Positions 6,560-14,533 of a stretch of 33,421 nt of DNA are shown piece after piece. Each line of letters opens with the position of its first letter. Position 1 is the first letter of the stretch. The DNA is from a virus (lineage: Duplodnaviria; Caudoviricetes): positions 1 through 33,421 of the IMG/VR virus record IMGVR_UViG_3300005662_000121. The stretch is one strand, 5' to 3'. Under the pieces are notes generated by a model that was not told where the DNA came from, did no database searches, and was given only the letters and a program-made list of their open reading frames with translations. A program made the position numbers and the translations under genes.

Positions 6560-7890
6560 TGCAAGTCATAGACCTACCTAAAAACACAGAGATTGAACGC
6601 AATATCCTAGGTTCGTTATTAATCGACAAAAAATCTTTGTCATTAGTAATCAACTACTTAAAAGAGGATATATTCTACGACTATAAGCATAAGCTTGTAT
6701 TCAGAACGATTAGAGAGATGTACGATAAGAATATCCCAATAGATATTACTACACTCTATCAACGCATCGTAGATGCTAAACAAACGGATCAAGTAAATGC
6801 CTACTACCTTTCCGAGCTTACTAAAGATGTGGTATCAACTGCTCACCTAGAAGCCCATATAGAGTTAATCATAGAACTTTATAAGCGTAGGATGTTGGTG
6901 GTGCTGGGTGGAGAGCTTGTGGTTGGGGCGACCAATGGCGAGGAAGATACCATAGACTTCATGGCTGAGGTATCCAAAAAACTCATTCAGCTACAAGAGT
7001 TTGGTAATATCTACGAGAAGATGATGGAAGATATTATTTTATCAATCAATTATTCTCGTGATATGGCTCAAAAAGGTGGTTTATTGGGCTATAACACAGG
7101 TTTTAATGAGCTAAACAATACCCTATGCGGATGGGTTAAGCCTGACTTAGTAATCGTAGCTGCAAGACCTGGAATGGGTAAGACCGCCTTTATGCTTTCT
7201 AGTATCTACCAACTAGCTTGTTTAGATAGCGTTCCTGTGGCCGTTTTTAGCCTCGAAATGAGCTCCGAACAGTTAGTTGAAAGGTTAGAGTCAATCGGCT
7301 CACAACTGCCCTTAAAATGGCTTAGAATGAATACTTTGGATGACAAACAAAGAAAGGTTTTACTAAAGACAGATGACTTATTATTAGCTTCCCCCATACA
7401 TATTGAAGATATGGGCGGTATAAGTGTAACCCAACTCAGAGCAAAAGCCACCATCTTAAAGCAAAAGTATGGAATCAAGGTAATCTTTATCGATTACCTC
7501 CAACTTATGAGTGGTACAGGCAAATCAAACCAAAACAGGGAACAAGAGGTTAGCTACATCAGTAGAAGCCTAAAAGCCCTTGCTAAAGAGTTGGAAGTAC
7601 CTATTATCGCCCTATCTCAATTATCTCGTAGAGTAGAGGAGCGAGGAGATAAGATGCCTCAGTTATCTGACCTTAGGGAATCAGGTTCTATTGAACAAGA
7701 TAGCGATGCGGTTATTATGCTTATGCGACCTGCTTACTATGAAATGACTGAGCCTATTGAAATTAGTGGCAAAGAATACGCTACTAATGATTTAGTTATC
7801 TGTAAGGTAGAAAAGAATAGGCACGGAGCAACACGCAACCTAGCATTAAGATTTTTACCTGAAACAATGAAATTTGAAGACTATGAGTAA
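6559..7890 (+). CDS. dnaB: Replicative DNA helicase, DnaB family
   Basis: AARPGMGKT, FSLEMS, IDYLQL, LSQLSR and DLRESGSIEQD motifs. Confidence 0.97.
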   Translation: MQVIDLPKNTEIERNILGSLLIDKKSLSLVINYLKEDIFYDYKHKLVFRTIREMYDKNIPIDITTLYQRIVDAKQTDQVNAYYLSELTKDVVSTAHLEAHIELIIELYKRRMLVVLGGELVVGATNGEEDTIDFMAEVSKKLIQLQEFGNIYEKMMEDIILSINYSRDMAQKGGLLGYNTGFNELNNTLCGWVKPDLVIVAARPGMGKTAFMLSSIYQLACLDSVPVAVFSLEMSSEQLVERLESIGSQLPLKWLRMNTLDDKQRKVLLKTDDLLLASPIHIEDMGGISVTQLRAKATILKQKYGIKVIFIDYLQLMSGTGKSNQNREQEVSYISRSLKALAKELEVPIIALSQLSRRVEERGDKMPQLSDLRESGSIEQDSDAVIMLMRPAYYEMTEPIEISGKEYATNDLVICKVEKNRHGATRNLALRFLPETMKFEDYE

Positions 7891-8068
7891 CGAAACATTT
7901 ATACCAATGCAAGATGTGATTTATAGAATAAACACGCATCCAGACTTAACACCTAAAGACAAGAAAGAGTTTGCCCATATCACTAATAGCTTGTATATGT
8001 CAGATAAGGGTAAAGAAAAAATACTTAAACCAACATTAACTAACCAACAAAGAAACAAATTAAAATGA
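7883..8068 (+). CDS. Hypothetical protein
   Basis: ORF overlapping both neighbours; ATG 7883 likely. Confidence 0.6.
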   Translation: MSNETFIPMQDVIYRINTHPDLTPKDKKEFAHITNSLYMSDKGKEKILKPTLTNQQRNKLK

Positions 8069-8277
8069 AAACAGTATTGCAACAATTAATGGATTTAATG
8101 AGTGAACAACCATTTACTTTTGGAAATGCCATAAATTTAGTTATTCTTAATGAATTAATTGAAAAAGAAAAAGAGCAGATTATAGATGCTTATTGTAGCG
8201 GATATCAACATGGAAGCACACTTGAAATAATACAATCAGAAGAATACTATAACGAAACTTATAATCAAAACAAATAA
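8065..8277 (+). CDS. Hypothetical protein (MKT..Q / EKEQI family), paralog of 14534-14734
   Basis: MKTVLQQL..EKEQIIDAY..EEYYNETYN. Confidence 0.75.
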   Translation: MKTVLQQLMDLMSEQPFTFGNAINLVILNELIEKEKEQIIDAYCSGYQHGSTLEIIQSEEYYNETYNQNK

Positions 8278-8278
8278 T

Positions 8279-8614
8279 ATGAAACAAGTGTATGTAAGCA
8301 ACAATCTCGGTGATCCGTTAGAATACGATTACGACTTAAAGTATGAGGATGGTAAAACAATATGCCTATACTCAAATAATAGTGAGTGGGCTGATTATAC
8401 GCATGGACAAGAGGCAGGATTTATTAAAGATATTGAAGATGGATTTGTAGTTAAGGTTGGTGAACAAAAGATAAAGCTAGACTATGCAGAGATGCAAGTA
8501 CTAAAAATCCTTTTACTATCTGATTTAAACGATGCAGATTACTTTGAGATTAGAGAATCAATAACAATTAAAGCATGGCCAAGGGATATAGAAACAGGAG
8601 AAAGTTTGAGATAG
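8279..8614 (+). CDS. Hypothetical acidic protein
   Basis: 111 aa ORF in operon. Confidence 0.7.
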   Translation: MKQVYVSNNLGDPLEYDYDLKYEDGKTICLYSNNSEWADYTHGQEAGFIKDIEDGFVVKVGEQKIKLDYAEMQVLKILLLSDLNDADYFEIRESITIKAWPRDIETGESLR

Positions 8615-8940
8615 AAGAGGCAAAGGCTAAGGATGGAACTTACCAGGCTATTAAACTATTTGCCAAGAGTACTAAGGTTATTGTTATACATCAAACAGAA
8701 GCACTAAAGAAAAAGTATTTCCTACTTGAGTACGAAAATAATGGTGAACCTAGTGGCATAAGTGATACAAGAGCAGAATTTTTTGCATTTAACCTTGATT
8801 TAAGGGATAGAATAGTTTTTATAAGAGCAGAGTTCTTAAGGGTTAAAGCAAGGAGATATTGGCGAGTTGGAGAGATAAAAGTAAAGGATGGAATTAAGTA
8901 TGTTAAAATGCCAACAGAAGAACTAATCAGGTGGTACTAA
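8575..8940 (+). CDS. PD-(D/E)XK-like protein, possibly catalytically degenerate
   Basis: EYENNGEPSGISDTRAEFF resembles the E..S.GKPSGI..T.AD.W segment of phage nuclease-like proteins; no clear E.K motif. Confidence 0.5.
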   Translation: MAKGYRNRRKFEIEEAKAKDGTYQAIKLFAKSTKVIVIHQTEALKKKYFLLEYENNGEPSGISDTRAEFFAFNLDLRDRIVFIRAEFLRVKARRYWRVGEIKVKDGIKYVKMPTEELIRWY

Positions 8941-8961
8941 CAATATATTAATAATATATTG

Positions 8962-8969
8962 TAATTTTG
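8962..8969 (+). promoter_or_regulatory. TAnnTTTG promoter box
   Basis: TAATTTTG, 4 nt before ATG 8974. Confidence 0.55.
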
Positions 8970-8973
8970 GTAC

Positions 8974-9336
8974 ATGGCCTACATATCTGCAAGTGATTTA
9001 ACAAAGATGATGATGGATTATCTAAAAGATAATGGGTGTGAAGTATGGAGGAATAATAACCTAGCAGTTAGAGGTAGAGCATTTATAGGTAAGAAAGGAG
9101 TTCCCGATATCATTGGTTATAGTAAGAAGTATGGTCACTTTGTTTGTTGCGAAATTAAGGCAATTGCTGATAGATTATCTACAGACCAAATGCTATTTCT
9201 AGACGAAGTTGGGAATGCTGGTGGTACTGCTATGATTTGCCAACAGTTAAGAGATGAAAGCATAAGAGTTCAATTTTATAAAGACGGAGAAATAAATGAC
9301 TTTTATTATGAAAATAAACAATTAGTAAAGAGATGA
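8974..9336 (+). CDS. VRR-NUC-like nuclease / Holliday junction resolvase
   Basis: GVPDIIG..EIK..LSTDQ..FL motif. Confidence 0.85.
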   Translation: MAYISASDLTKMMMDYLKDNGCEVWRNNNLAVRGRAFIGKKGVPDIIGYSKKYGHFVCCEIKAIADRLSTDQMLFLDEVGNAGGTAMICQQLRDESIRVQFYKDGEINDFYYENKQLVKR

Positions 9337-9833
9337 GAACAATAGTAGGATTTGAAAATTATTCGGTTACTAAGGATGGTAAAGTTTTTAGTAATTTTAG
9401 TAATAAGTTTATAAAGCCATTTTTAAGAGAAAGTTCTTATGAATATTTGTATGTGAATCTTTATAATAATGGCAAGAAATCAAAACATAGCATTCATAGA
9501 CTGGTTGCTAATGCCTATATAGCTAATCCATATAATAAACCACAAGTAAATCATATTAATGGTAAAAAACTTGATAATAGACTTGAAAATTTAGAATGGG
9601 CTACCGCTAGCGAAAATGGACTTCACGCATATAAAAACGGGTTAAGCAAGGTATCTGATTATCATAAAAAGTGTATGATAGAAAGGCAAAATAAAATTGT
9701 TTTAGATACTAGCAATGGTGTTTTTTATGAATCAGCAAAAGAGGCAGCAAAATATTATAACATAAAAGCAACAACATTAATGGGATATATGAGAGGGGAA
9801 AGAAAAAATAAAACAAGTTTAATTTACGCATAA
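9333..9833 (+). CDS. HNH homing endonuclease (NUMOD4-HNH-NUMOD1 type)
   Basis: YSVTKDGKV, IHRLVA, VNHINGKKLDNRLENLEW, YESAKEAA. Confidence 0.92.
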   Translation: MRTIVGFENYSVTKDGKVFSNFSNKFIKPFLRESSYEYLYVNLYNNGKKSKHSIHRLVANAYIANPYNKPQVNHINGKKLDNRLENLEWATASENGLHAYKNGLSKVSDYHKKCMIERQNKIVLDTSNGVFYESAKEAAKYYNIKATTLMGYMRGERKNKTSLIYA

Positions 9834-9958
9834 TGGCAAAAGCGAAGACTGGGAGTTCAACAAAGGTGAGCTTCGGCTCAAGGAAACGAGGTAGAGCAAA
9901 GAAATCATTTAATAAACATAGCCCTAGGCCAAAGGCTTACATAGGTCAAGGTCGTTAA
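9833..9958 (+). CDS. Small highly basic peptide ending in Y-x-G-Q-G-R (41 aa), not in ORF track
   Basis: MAKAKTGSSTKVSFGSRKRGRAKKSFNKHSPRPKAYIGQGR; TAATG coupling to the HNH gene. Confidence 0.8.
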   Translation: MAKAKTGSSTKVSFGSRKRGRAKKSFNKHSPRPKAYIGQGR

Positions 9959-9961
9959 AAT

Positions 9962-10050
9962 AGTTAGGTGGTAGACAATTTAGGAAAGTACGCTTAGACA
10001 CATCAATAGATACTAAGAAAATGTAGGTTCGAATCCTACCCTAACTGCAA
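9962..10050 (+). tRNA. tRNA-like RNA / pseudo-tRNA with 15-nt anticodon loop (no assignable anticodon)
   Basis: AGTTAGG/CCTAACT acceptor stem, GTAGG-TTCGAAT-CCTAC T-arm, CTTAG/CTAAG anticodon stem. Confidence 0.7.
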
Positions 10051-10065
10051 ATAAAACAAAGTAAA

Positions 10066-10266
10066 ATGGAAAAAGTAGAGATAGAAAATAAGATAGAGAA
10101 AGCACCTAAGACAGTTAAGAAGGCAAAGGATGAGTTTACGAAAGAAACCTATGATTTTTTGCATCAAGTGTTAGTAGATTTTGCAATAGATACAAAGCAT
10201 AGACCTCAGCTTAAAGTAATCTTACAGAACGCAAAGGCAGAACCAAAGAATAACAGTAGCATTTAA
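10066..10266 (+). CDS. Hypothetical protein
   Basis: 66 aa ORF with A-rich leader. Confidence 0.65.
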   Translation: MEKVEIENKIEKAPKTVKKAKDEFTKETYDFLHQVLVDFAIDTKHRPQLKVILQNAKAEPKNNSSI

Positions 10267-10284
10267 TAACCAAAAATATATAAC

Positions 10285-10536
10285 ATGGCAGCAGGTAAAG
10301 AAAAGATTTTCCTAGGAAGGTCACAAACAATGAAAACGGCATTTGGGGAGTTTAAGAAAGTATCATTCGGCCCAGATGATTTAAAGAAGATGAATGATTT
10401 CGCAGCAACTAATAATGGTTGGGCTAACATCCTTATCAAAGAAAAGAAAGGCTCTACACCAGGTGAAGCAGGTTTCTATATTGAGCTTGACACTTGGGTT
10501 AAAGATGGCCAACCAGCTAAAAATTTACCATTTTAA
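10285..10536 (+). CDS. Small ssDNA-binding-like protein
   Basis: Beta-rich aromatic core and C-terminal LPF, like SSB tails. Confidence 0.5.
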   Translation: MAAGKEKIFLGRSQTMKTAFGEFKKVSFGPDDLKKMNDFAATNNGWANILIKEKKGSTPGEAGFYIELDTWVKDGQPAKNLPF

Positions 10537-10545
10537 CAAATGATT

Positions 10546-10731
10546 ATGAAAACAAATTACAAAGATGTAGTGGTTAATTTACTAATTTTGCTCGTAGGAG
10601 TTTATCTACCATTTGCATTTATTGTAAATGAGTTTAATCCTTTAGCTTGGAATTGGTTTAGTAGATCATTATATGTACTTACTTTGGTAGGATTATTAAC
10701 TTACGCTATAAAGGAGTATAAACAAAAATAG
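10546..10731 (+). CDS. Two-TM membrane protein
   Basis: Two hydrophobic segments; start 10540 or 10546. Confidence 0.7.
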   Translation: MKTNYKDVVVNLLILLVGVYLPFAFIVNEFNPLAWNWFSRSLYVLTLVGLLTYAIKEYKQK

Positions 10732-10759
10732 TTTTGTGTGTTTTTTTGAAATAAAGGTA

Positions 10760-10790
10760 AGTCCTGTCGTTTCTACGATGGGACTTTTTT
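10760..10790 (+). terminator. Intrinsic terminator, end of the early operon
   Basis: AGTCCTGTC-gtttctac-GATGGGACT plus T-run. Confidence 0.8.
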
Positions 10791-10877
10791 ATTTGGTAAA
10801 TTAAATATTAATTTTTAGGTTTGCATTGCCGCATCAAGTACGCAGATGCATCCTTTTGGATGTTTTTGTTTGTCTAT

Positions 10878-10912
10878 AAGCCCTAGCAATTTTGAGTTGT
10901 TAGGGCTTTTTT
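10878..10912 (+). terminator. Second intrinsic terminator
   Basis: AAGCCCTAGCAAT..GTTGTTAGGGCTT plus T-run. Confidence 0.75.
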
Positions 10913-10915
10913 ATT

Positions 10916-10943
10916 AAAAACCCCCCAGTTTTTACCTGAGGGG
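10916..10943 (-). terminator. Intrinsic terminator, end of the late operon
   Basis: Minus strand CCCCTCAG-gtaaaaa-CTGGGGGG-TTTTT. Confidence 0.75.
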
Positions 10944-10976
10944 AAACCAAAACACCACCAACTATGAGAGAGCTTC

Positions 10977-11243
10977 TTATGATTGCCTATTTGTTTTATC
11001 GTAGAACCTTGTTAATACAGTTCCGTATAAGGCTTCCTGATATCTTTTAATAAAAGAGTCTGAACTCTCATCTATGTAGAAGTAGTCCTGTGATTGCATA
11101 TACACATAGCACTTATCTTTATCCTCTTCATCATCTGTAACGGATTCAACCAAATGAATATTTATCCAAGCATCTGATGGCTCTGTGCCATCACCATACT
11201 CGTAGCTATCATCTTCCGTTAATTGCGTTATTTGAAGTAACAT
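10977..11243 (-). CDS. Acidic protein, FlbD/LytTR-like pattern
   Basis: WINIHLVESV..CYVYM....FYIDES resembles the FlbD IN..LIE.I..T.I.L..V.ES pattern. Confidence 0.55.
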   Translation of the reverse strand: MLLQITQLTEDDSYEYGDGTEPSDAWINIHLVESVTDDEEDKDKCYVYMQSQDYFYIDESSDSFIKRYQEALYGTVLTRFYDKTNRQS

Positions 11244-11364
11244 TTAATATACTATGTTTTATTATTGTTAGTCTTAGCTTTTGAACTATTAAATTCAATC
11301 TCACTTCTAAATCATCTCTTTTTTTCATCAACTCTTCAATCTCTAGTTCTGCTTTAGTCTTCAT
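11209..11364 (-). CDS. Small coiled-coil protein (51 aa), not in ORF track
   Basis: MKTKAELEIEELMKKRDDLEVRLNLIVQKL..; overlaps the next gene. Confidence 0.55.
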   Translation of the reverse strand: MKTKAELEIEELMKKRDDLEVRLNLIVQKLRLTIIKHSILNVTSNNAINGR

Positions 11365-11365
11365 A

Positions 11366-11373
11366 CAAATTTA
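11366..11373 (-). promoter_or_regulatory. TAnnTTTG promoter box
   Basis: Minus strand TAAATTTG in the intergenic gap. Confidence 0.5.
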
Positions 11374-11455
11374 CGCTTTAATTATTATAGAAATAAAAAG
11401 TGCACACATCATTGATTATCAATGAAATATACACTTATGTTATAACGGATTTAAC

Positions 11456-12166
11456 CTACTTTTTGCTTGGAAGCCTTACTATCTTGCTTCCTAATGGCAT
11501 GGGTACAAATATAGCAATTCTACCGCCATCTAAAACAACTCCACAACCTAATGTTGGTCGTTTGGGGAAAGGTCGTGAATACTCCATTGCGTAGGCATTA
11601 ATGTCTATCCCACAACCCACATTCATGCCGAATATCATATCCTTGTCACTTGAGGAGTACAAAACTCCCCCAAAGGAGTGAATATGACCTATTACAGTTG
11701 ATTGTCTAGCATCTCTTGCTCTATTGATTGCACCTGCTTGTCCTGATGATCCTGTACCATGAGTATATAAAACACCATCTATTTCCCATTCTAAGCTCCA
11801 TTTCCAGCCTCTAGGAGCTTCCCAAGCATCTTCATAGGACTTGATAAATCTCTCTGGTAATCCGTTCGCTAATGCCTTTCTTTTGTGTAGGGCACTATGG
11901 TTTCCTATACAGACTTTTACATTAGGGAAACGCTTGTACCAAATGTTTAATTGTTGCATAGCTAAGATAGCCTCCTTAGAAGCAGAATCCCCATTAGGGT
12001 TATGCTCATGGAAGCTAATCGCATGATTGTCCACTTCATCTCCTATGTGGACTATTTCGGTACATTGAAACTTGTTGAATACCTCATAACAAAAGTCGAG
12101 GTACTTAGGATGGCAGAAAGGAAAATGGGTATCGCCTATGACACCCACATTTTTGGTTTTGCTCAT
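11456..12166 (-). CDS. Calcineurin-like metallophosphoesterase
   Basis: GDTH, GDEVD, GNH, HG and GHIH metal-binding motifs. Confidence 0.9.
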   Translation of the reverse strand: MSKTKNVGVIGDTHFPFCHPKYLDFCYEVFNKFQCTEIVHIGDEVDNHAISFHEHNPNGDSASKEAILAMQQLNIWYKRFPNVKVCIGNHSALHKRKALANGLPERFIKSYEDAWEAPRGWKWSLEWEIDGVLYTHGTGSSGQAGAINRARDARQSTVIGHIHSFGGVLYSSSDKDMIFGMNVGCGIDINAYAMEYSRPFPKRPTLGCGVVLDGGRIAIFVPMPLGSKIVRLPSKK

Positions 12167-12180
12167 ATTGGTTGTTTTGG

Positions 12181-12639
12181 TTAGTAAGTCGAGTAAGTAG
12201 TCTTGCCGTTTACTTTGGATGCTCTCAAAGTTTGCTTTCTATTGTCTTTACCTCTGTATCCTACATGAACCCAATCAGGCTTCTCTTTATTACCGAACTC
12301 CCAAATTAATTGGTCGTAATCAAGATTGTCCTTTATGTAATTAAAGATGTCTGTATTGCTTACCTCTCCACTATGACCATCCATATCTATATCTGCCGCA
12401 CGGCCTTTGCAATGATCTGAATTTAAACTGCCTCCAATGAAATGGTTAAGGTCAGCACTTCTGTATCCACTAGAAATATTAATAGGGCCAAACTTTGCTC
12501 TAATAGGTTCTAGTACCTTCTCGCATAAAGTCTTTATGTTTTCTAAATGCTCAGGTGTTGGGTTATTACTAACTCCTTCACGCTTTGCTGACTCACTCCT
12601 GGTGAACTCGCATAAGTCAAAATGTGCTGATAAACGCAT
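12181..12639 (-). CDS. Endolysin, peptidase M15 family
   Basis: LSAHF...EF, ISSGYRS, S.H..G.AAD and W.HV motifs. Confidence 0.9.
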   Translation of the reverse strand: MRLSAHFDLCEFTRSESAKREGVSNNPTPEHLENIKTLCEKVLEPIRAKFGPINISSGYRSADLNHFIGGSLNSDHCKGRAADIDMDGHSGEVSNTDIFNYIKDNLDYDQLIWEFGNKEKPDWVHVGYRGKDNRKQTLRASKVNGKTTYSTY

Positions 12640-12641
12640 AA

Positions 12642-12851
12642 CTATTTTTTAAATACTTTCTCTACTGTTGTTAAGCCTAAACAACCAAACGCTAACAAAG
12701 CTACTGATTCTACAAGTATTGTTGCAGGAGCAGTATGTTCATCACTAAAACTATTGTGGTACATAGTAACGCATAATGATATTACACATAGTAAACCACA
12801 TAATCTTTTCATGCTTAATCTTCCGTTATCTTCCGTAAAAAACTGTTTCAT
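12642..12851 (-). CDS. Putative holin
   Basis: 69 aa, two TM segments, basic C-terminus, directly upstream of the endolysin. Confidence 0.65.
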   Translation of the reverse strand: MKQFFTEDNGRLSMKRLCGLLCVISLCVTMYHNSFSDEHTAPATILVESVALLAFGCLGLTTVEKVFKK

Positions 12852-12852
12852 A

Positions 12853-13215
12853 TTAATTTCCTGTTGTATCTACTTTAGTCTTACCCCAAAAGCTTTTCTT
12901 CTCTTTTATCTGAATAGTATCATGAATGTAAATAGTATCTATTTTTATCTTCATTGCACTTATGTCATTTTTAAGTTGCTTATTCTCATTAGATAACTGA
13001 GCTATCTTGTTAGTAGTAGTTATTATTAGCTTGTCTTTAGTCTTATCTGCTTTTATTTGAACCTTTTTATTATGTTCTAGTGTCTTACTAAAATCACTCA
13101 TTAACTGTTTAAACTCTCTGTCATCTTTAGTTAATTTAGGTTCTTTAACTCCTTCTACTTTAACATATCCTATTAAGGTGAAGATTGACAATAATGAAAA
13201 GAATAATAATTTCAT
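12853..13215 (-). CDS. Membrane-anchored coiled-coil protein (spanin-like candidate)
   Basis: N-terminal hydrophobic anchor plus heptad region, within the lysis cassette. Confidence 0.55.
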   Translation of the reverse strand: MKLLFFSLLSIFTLIGYVKVEGVKEPKLTKDDREFKQLMSDFSKTLEHNKKVQIKADKTKDKLIITTTNKIAQLSNENKQLKNDISAMKIKIDTIYIHDTIQIKEKKSFWGKTKVDTTGN

Positions 13216-13220
13216 GGCTA

Positions 13221-13526
13221 TTATTTTACAGATTTTTTAATAGCTCCTAAGTCTTGTAGTGTTTCTAGTTTAGTACTAGTAGCACTTAAAGCAGTCTTAC
13301 ACTCCATTAGGGCTTGTGTTTTTAAGGAATCCTTATGCTCAAGGTTGGTTATTCTGTATTCCTGGCTTTGTATTTGGCCCTTAAAAGTGCTTTTGATGTC
13401 TACATACAAATAGGATATACCTATAAGTACAACGAATAATGTACCCACAATAGGGTTTTTAGCGAAATCTTTGAATGATATAGGTAATGGGTTTGCTCCC
13501 AAGATACCTTCTTTTTTTACTGCCAT
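13221..13526 (-). CDS. Single-TM coiled-coil protein
   Basis: TM span IVGTLFVVLIGISYLYV followed by a helical region. Confidence 0.65.
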   Translation of the reverse strand: MAVKKEGILGANPLPISFKDFAKNPIVGTLFVVLIGISYLYVDIKSTFKGQIQSQEYRITNLEHKDSLKTQALMECKTALSATSTKLETLQDLGAIKKSVK

Positions 13527-13527
13527 T

Positions 13528-14121
13528 TTACTTTTTTCCTATTTTAAAGTAGATACCACCAGAGTACCCAATATTGTAATTTTTACTAATATCTACGCTA
13601 AGGCCTATTAGAGCCTTATTTCTGACACTTAGCATCAAGGAAGGACTTAGTACCTCCAAGCCTACAAGTGGTCTGTATGAGCCTCTAATGCCCCAATAAA
13701 GGGTATTAGTAGCTTTACTAGCGTAGAACTCTCTTACAACGATGGTTTTTTGGGTTATATCTGCCTTAAAGCCTCTACTGATGATCCTATTTTGGCTGAT
13801 AGTATCATCTATTACAAAGATATTAGAATCTTTCTTAATAGTGTCGGAATAAGCCTTAACTTGGCTATAATCGGCTACTATGCGTATCGTATCGGATATA
13901 TGCGTATATAAGGTATCTATGACTTTATAGGGTATAGAATCACCTTTTTTGTACCGATTTATGTACGCTTTTGCATATAAGGTATCGTGTATGGTTTGTA
14001 CCTTCTTATATTTAGACAAGTCAAGAGGAGTCTTTATATAGGTAGGTTTAACCAAAAAATATAGCCATAACACTAAAAGTACTATGGCTATGAACAAGAT
14101 ATTGTCCTTAATGAACTTCAT
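13528..14121 (-). CDS. Membrane-anchored protein with beta-rich C-terminus (possible unimolecular spanin-like)
   Basis: N-terminal TM, DT-rich middle, amphipathic beta strands ending GGIYFKIGKK. Confidence 0.55.
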   Translation of the reverse strand: MKFIKDNILFIAIVLLVLWLYFLVKPTYIKTPLDLSKYKKVQTIHDTLYAKAYINRYKKGDSIPYKVIDTLYTHISDTIRIVADYSQVKAYSDTIKKDSNIFVIDDTISQNRIISRGFKADITQKTIVVREFYASKATNTLYWGIRGSYRPLVGLEVLSPSLMLSVRNKALIGLSVDISKNYNIGYSGGIYFKIGKK

Positions 14122-14507
14122 TATAGTTCTTCTTCTTCTTCTTTAATAAATGTGATACCGCTTGTCCAATCTTCAAGGAATGTAAAATGCTCTAAACCTT
14201 GTGTGTTGATAACTTCAATCTTTTTAAACTCAAATTCCTTTTCTCCTAGTTCTTTAATTTGCTCTTGTAGTTTTTTTAATCCTTCTTTAGTAAACTTATA
14301 ATCTTGTTTGTCGTTAAGGATTAACACACCATCTTTGTCGGTAGCTGCGTTATCTAGTCTTAACTCTTGTGCTTTAGTTGCGTATTCCTCTTGATAAGGT
14401 TTTAGCTTTTCAGCAAACTTTACTAACTTTTTAATAACCTTTTCTTCAGGGTTACCTTGAATGTTGTTGATTTGGTTGATTACCTCGTTGATTTTTTTGT
14501 ACTTCAT
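14121..14507 (-). CDS. Hypothetical phage protein
   Basis: 128 aa charged helical ORF after the tail fibre genes. Confidence 0.75.
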   Translation of the reverse strand: MKYKKINEVINQINNIQGNPEEKVIKKLVKFAEKLKPYQEEYATKAQELRLDNAATDKDGVLILNDKQDYKFTKEGLKKLQEQIKELGEKEFEFKKIEVINTQGLEHFTFLEDWTSGITFIKEEEEEL

Positions 14508-14524
14508 AATGTTTGATTTTTTTA

Positions 14525-14532
14525 CAAATATA
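14525..14532 (-). promoter_or_regulatory. TAnnTTTG promoter box (lysis cassette)
   Basis: Minus strand TATATTTG-TAAAAA. Confidence 0.55.
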
Positions 14533-14533
14533 G

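Noticed and set aside
9962-10050. Functional tRNA-Met (CAT in the loop)
   Set aside because: The loop is 15 nt and lacks U33, so no anticodon can be assigned
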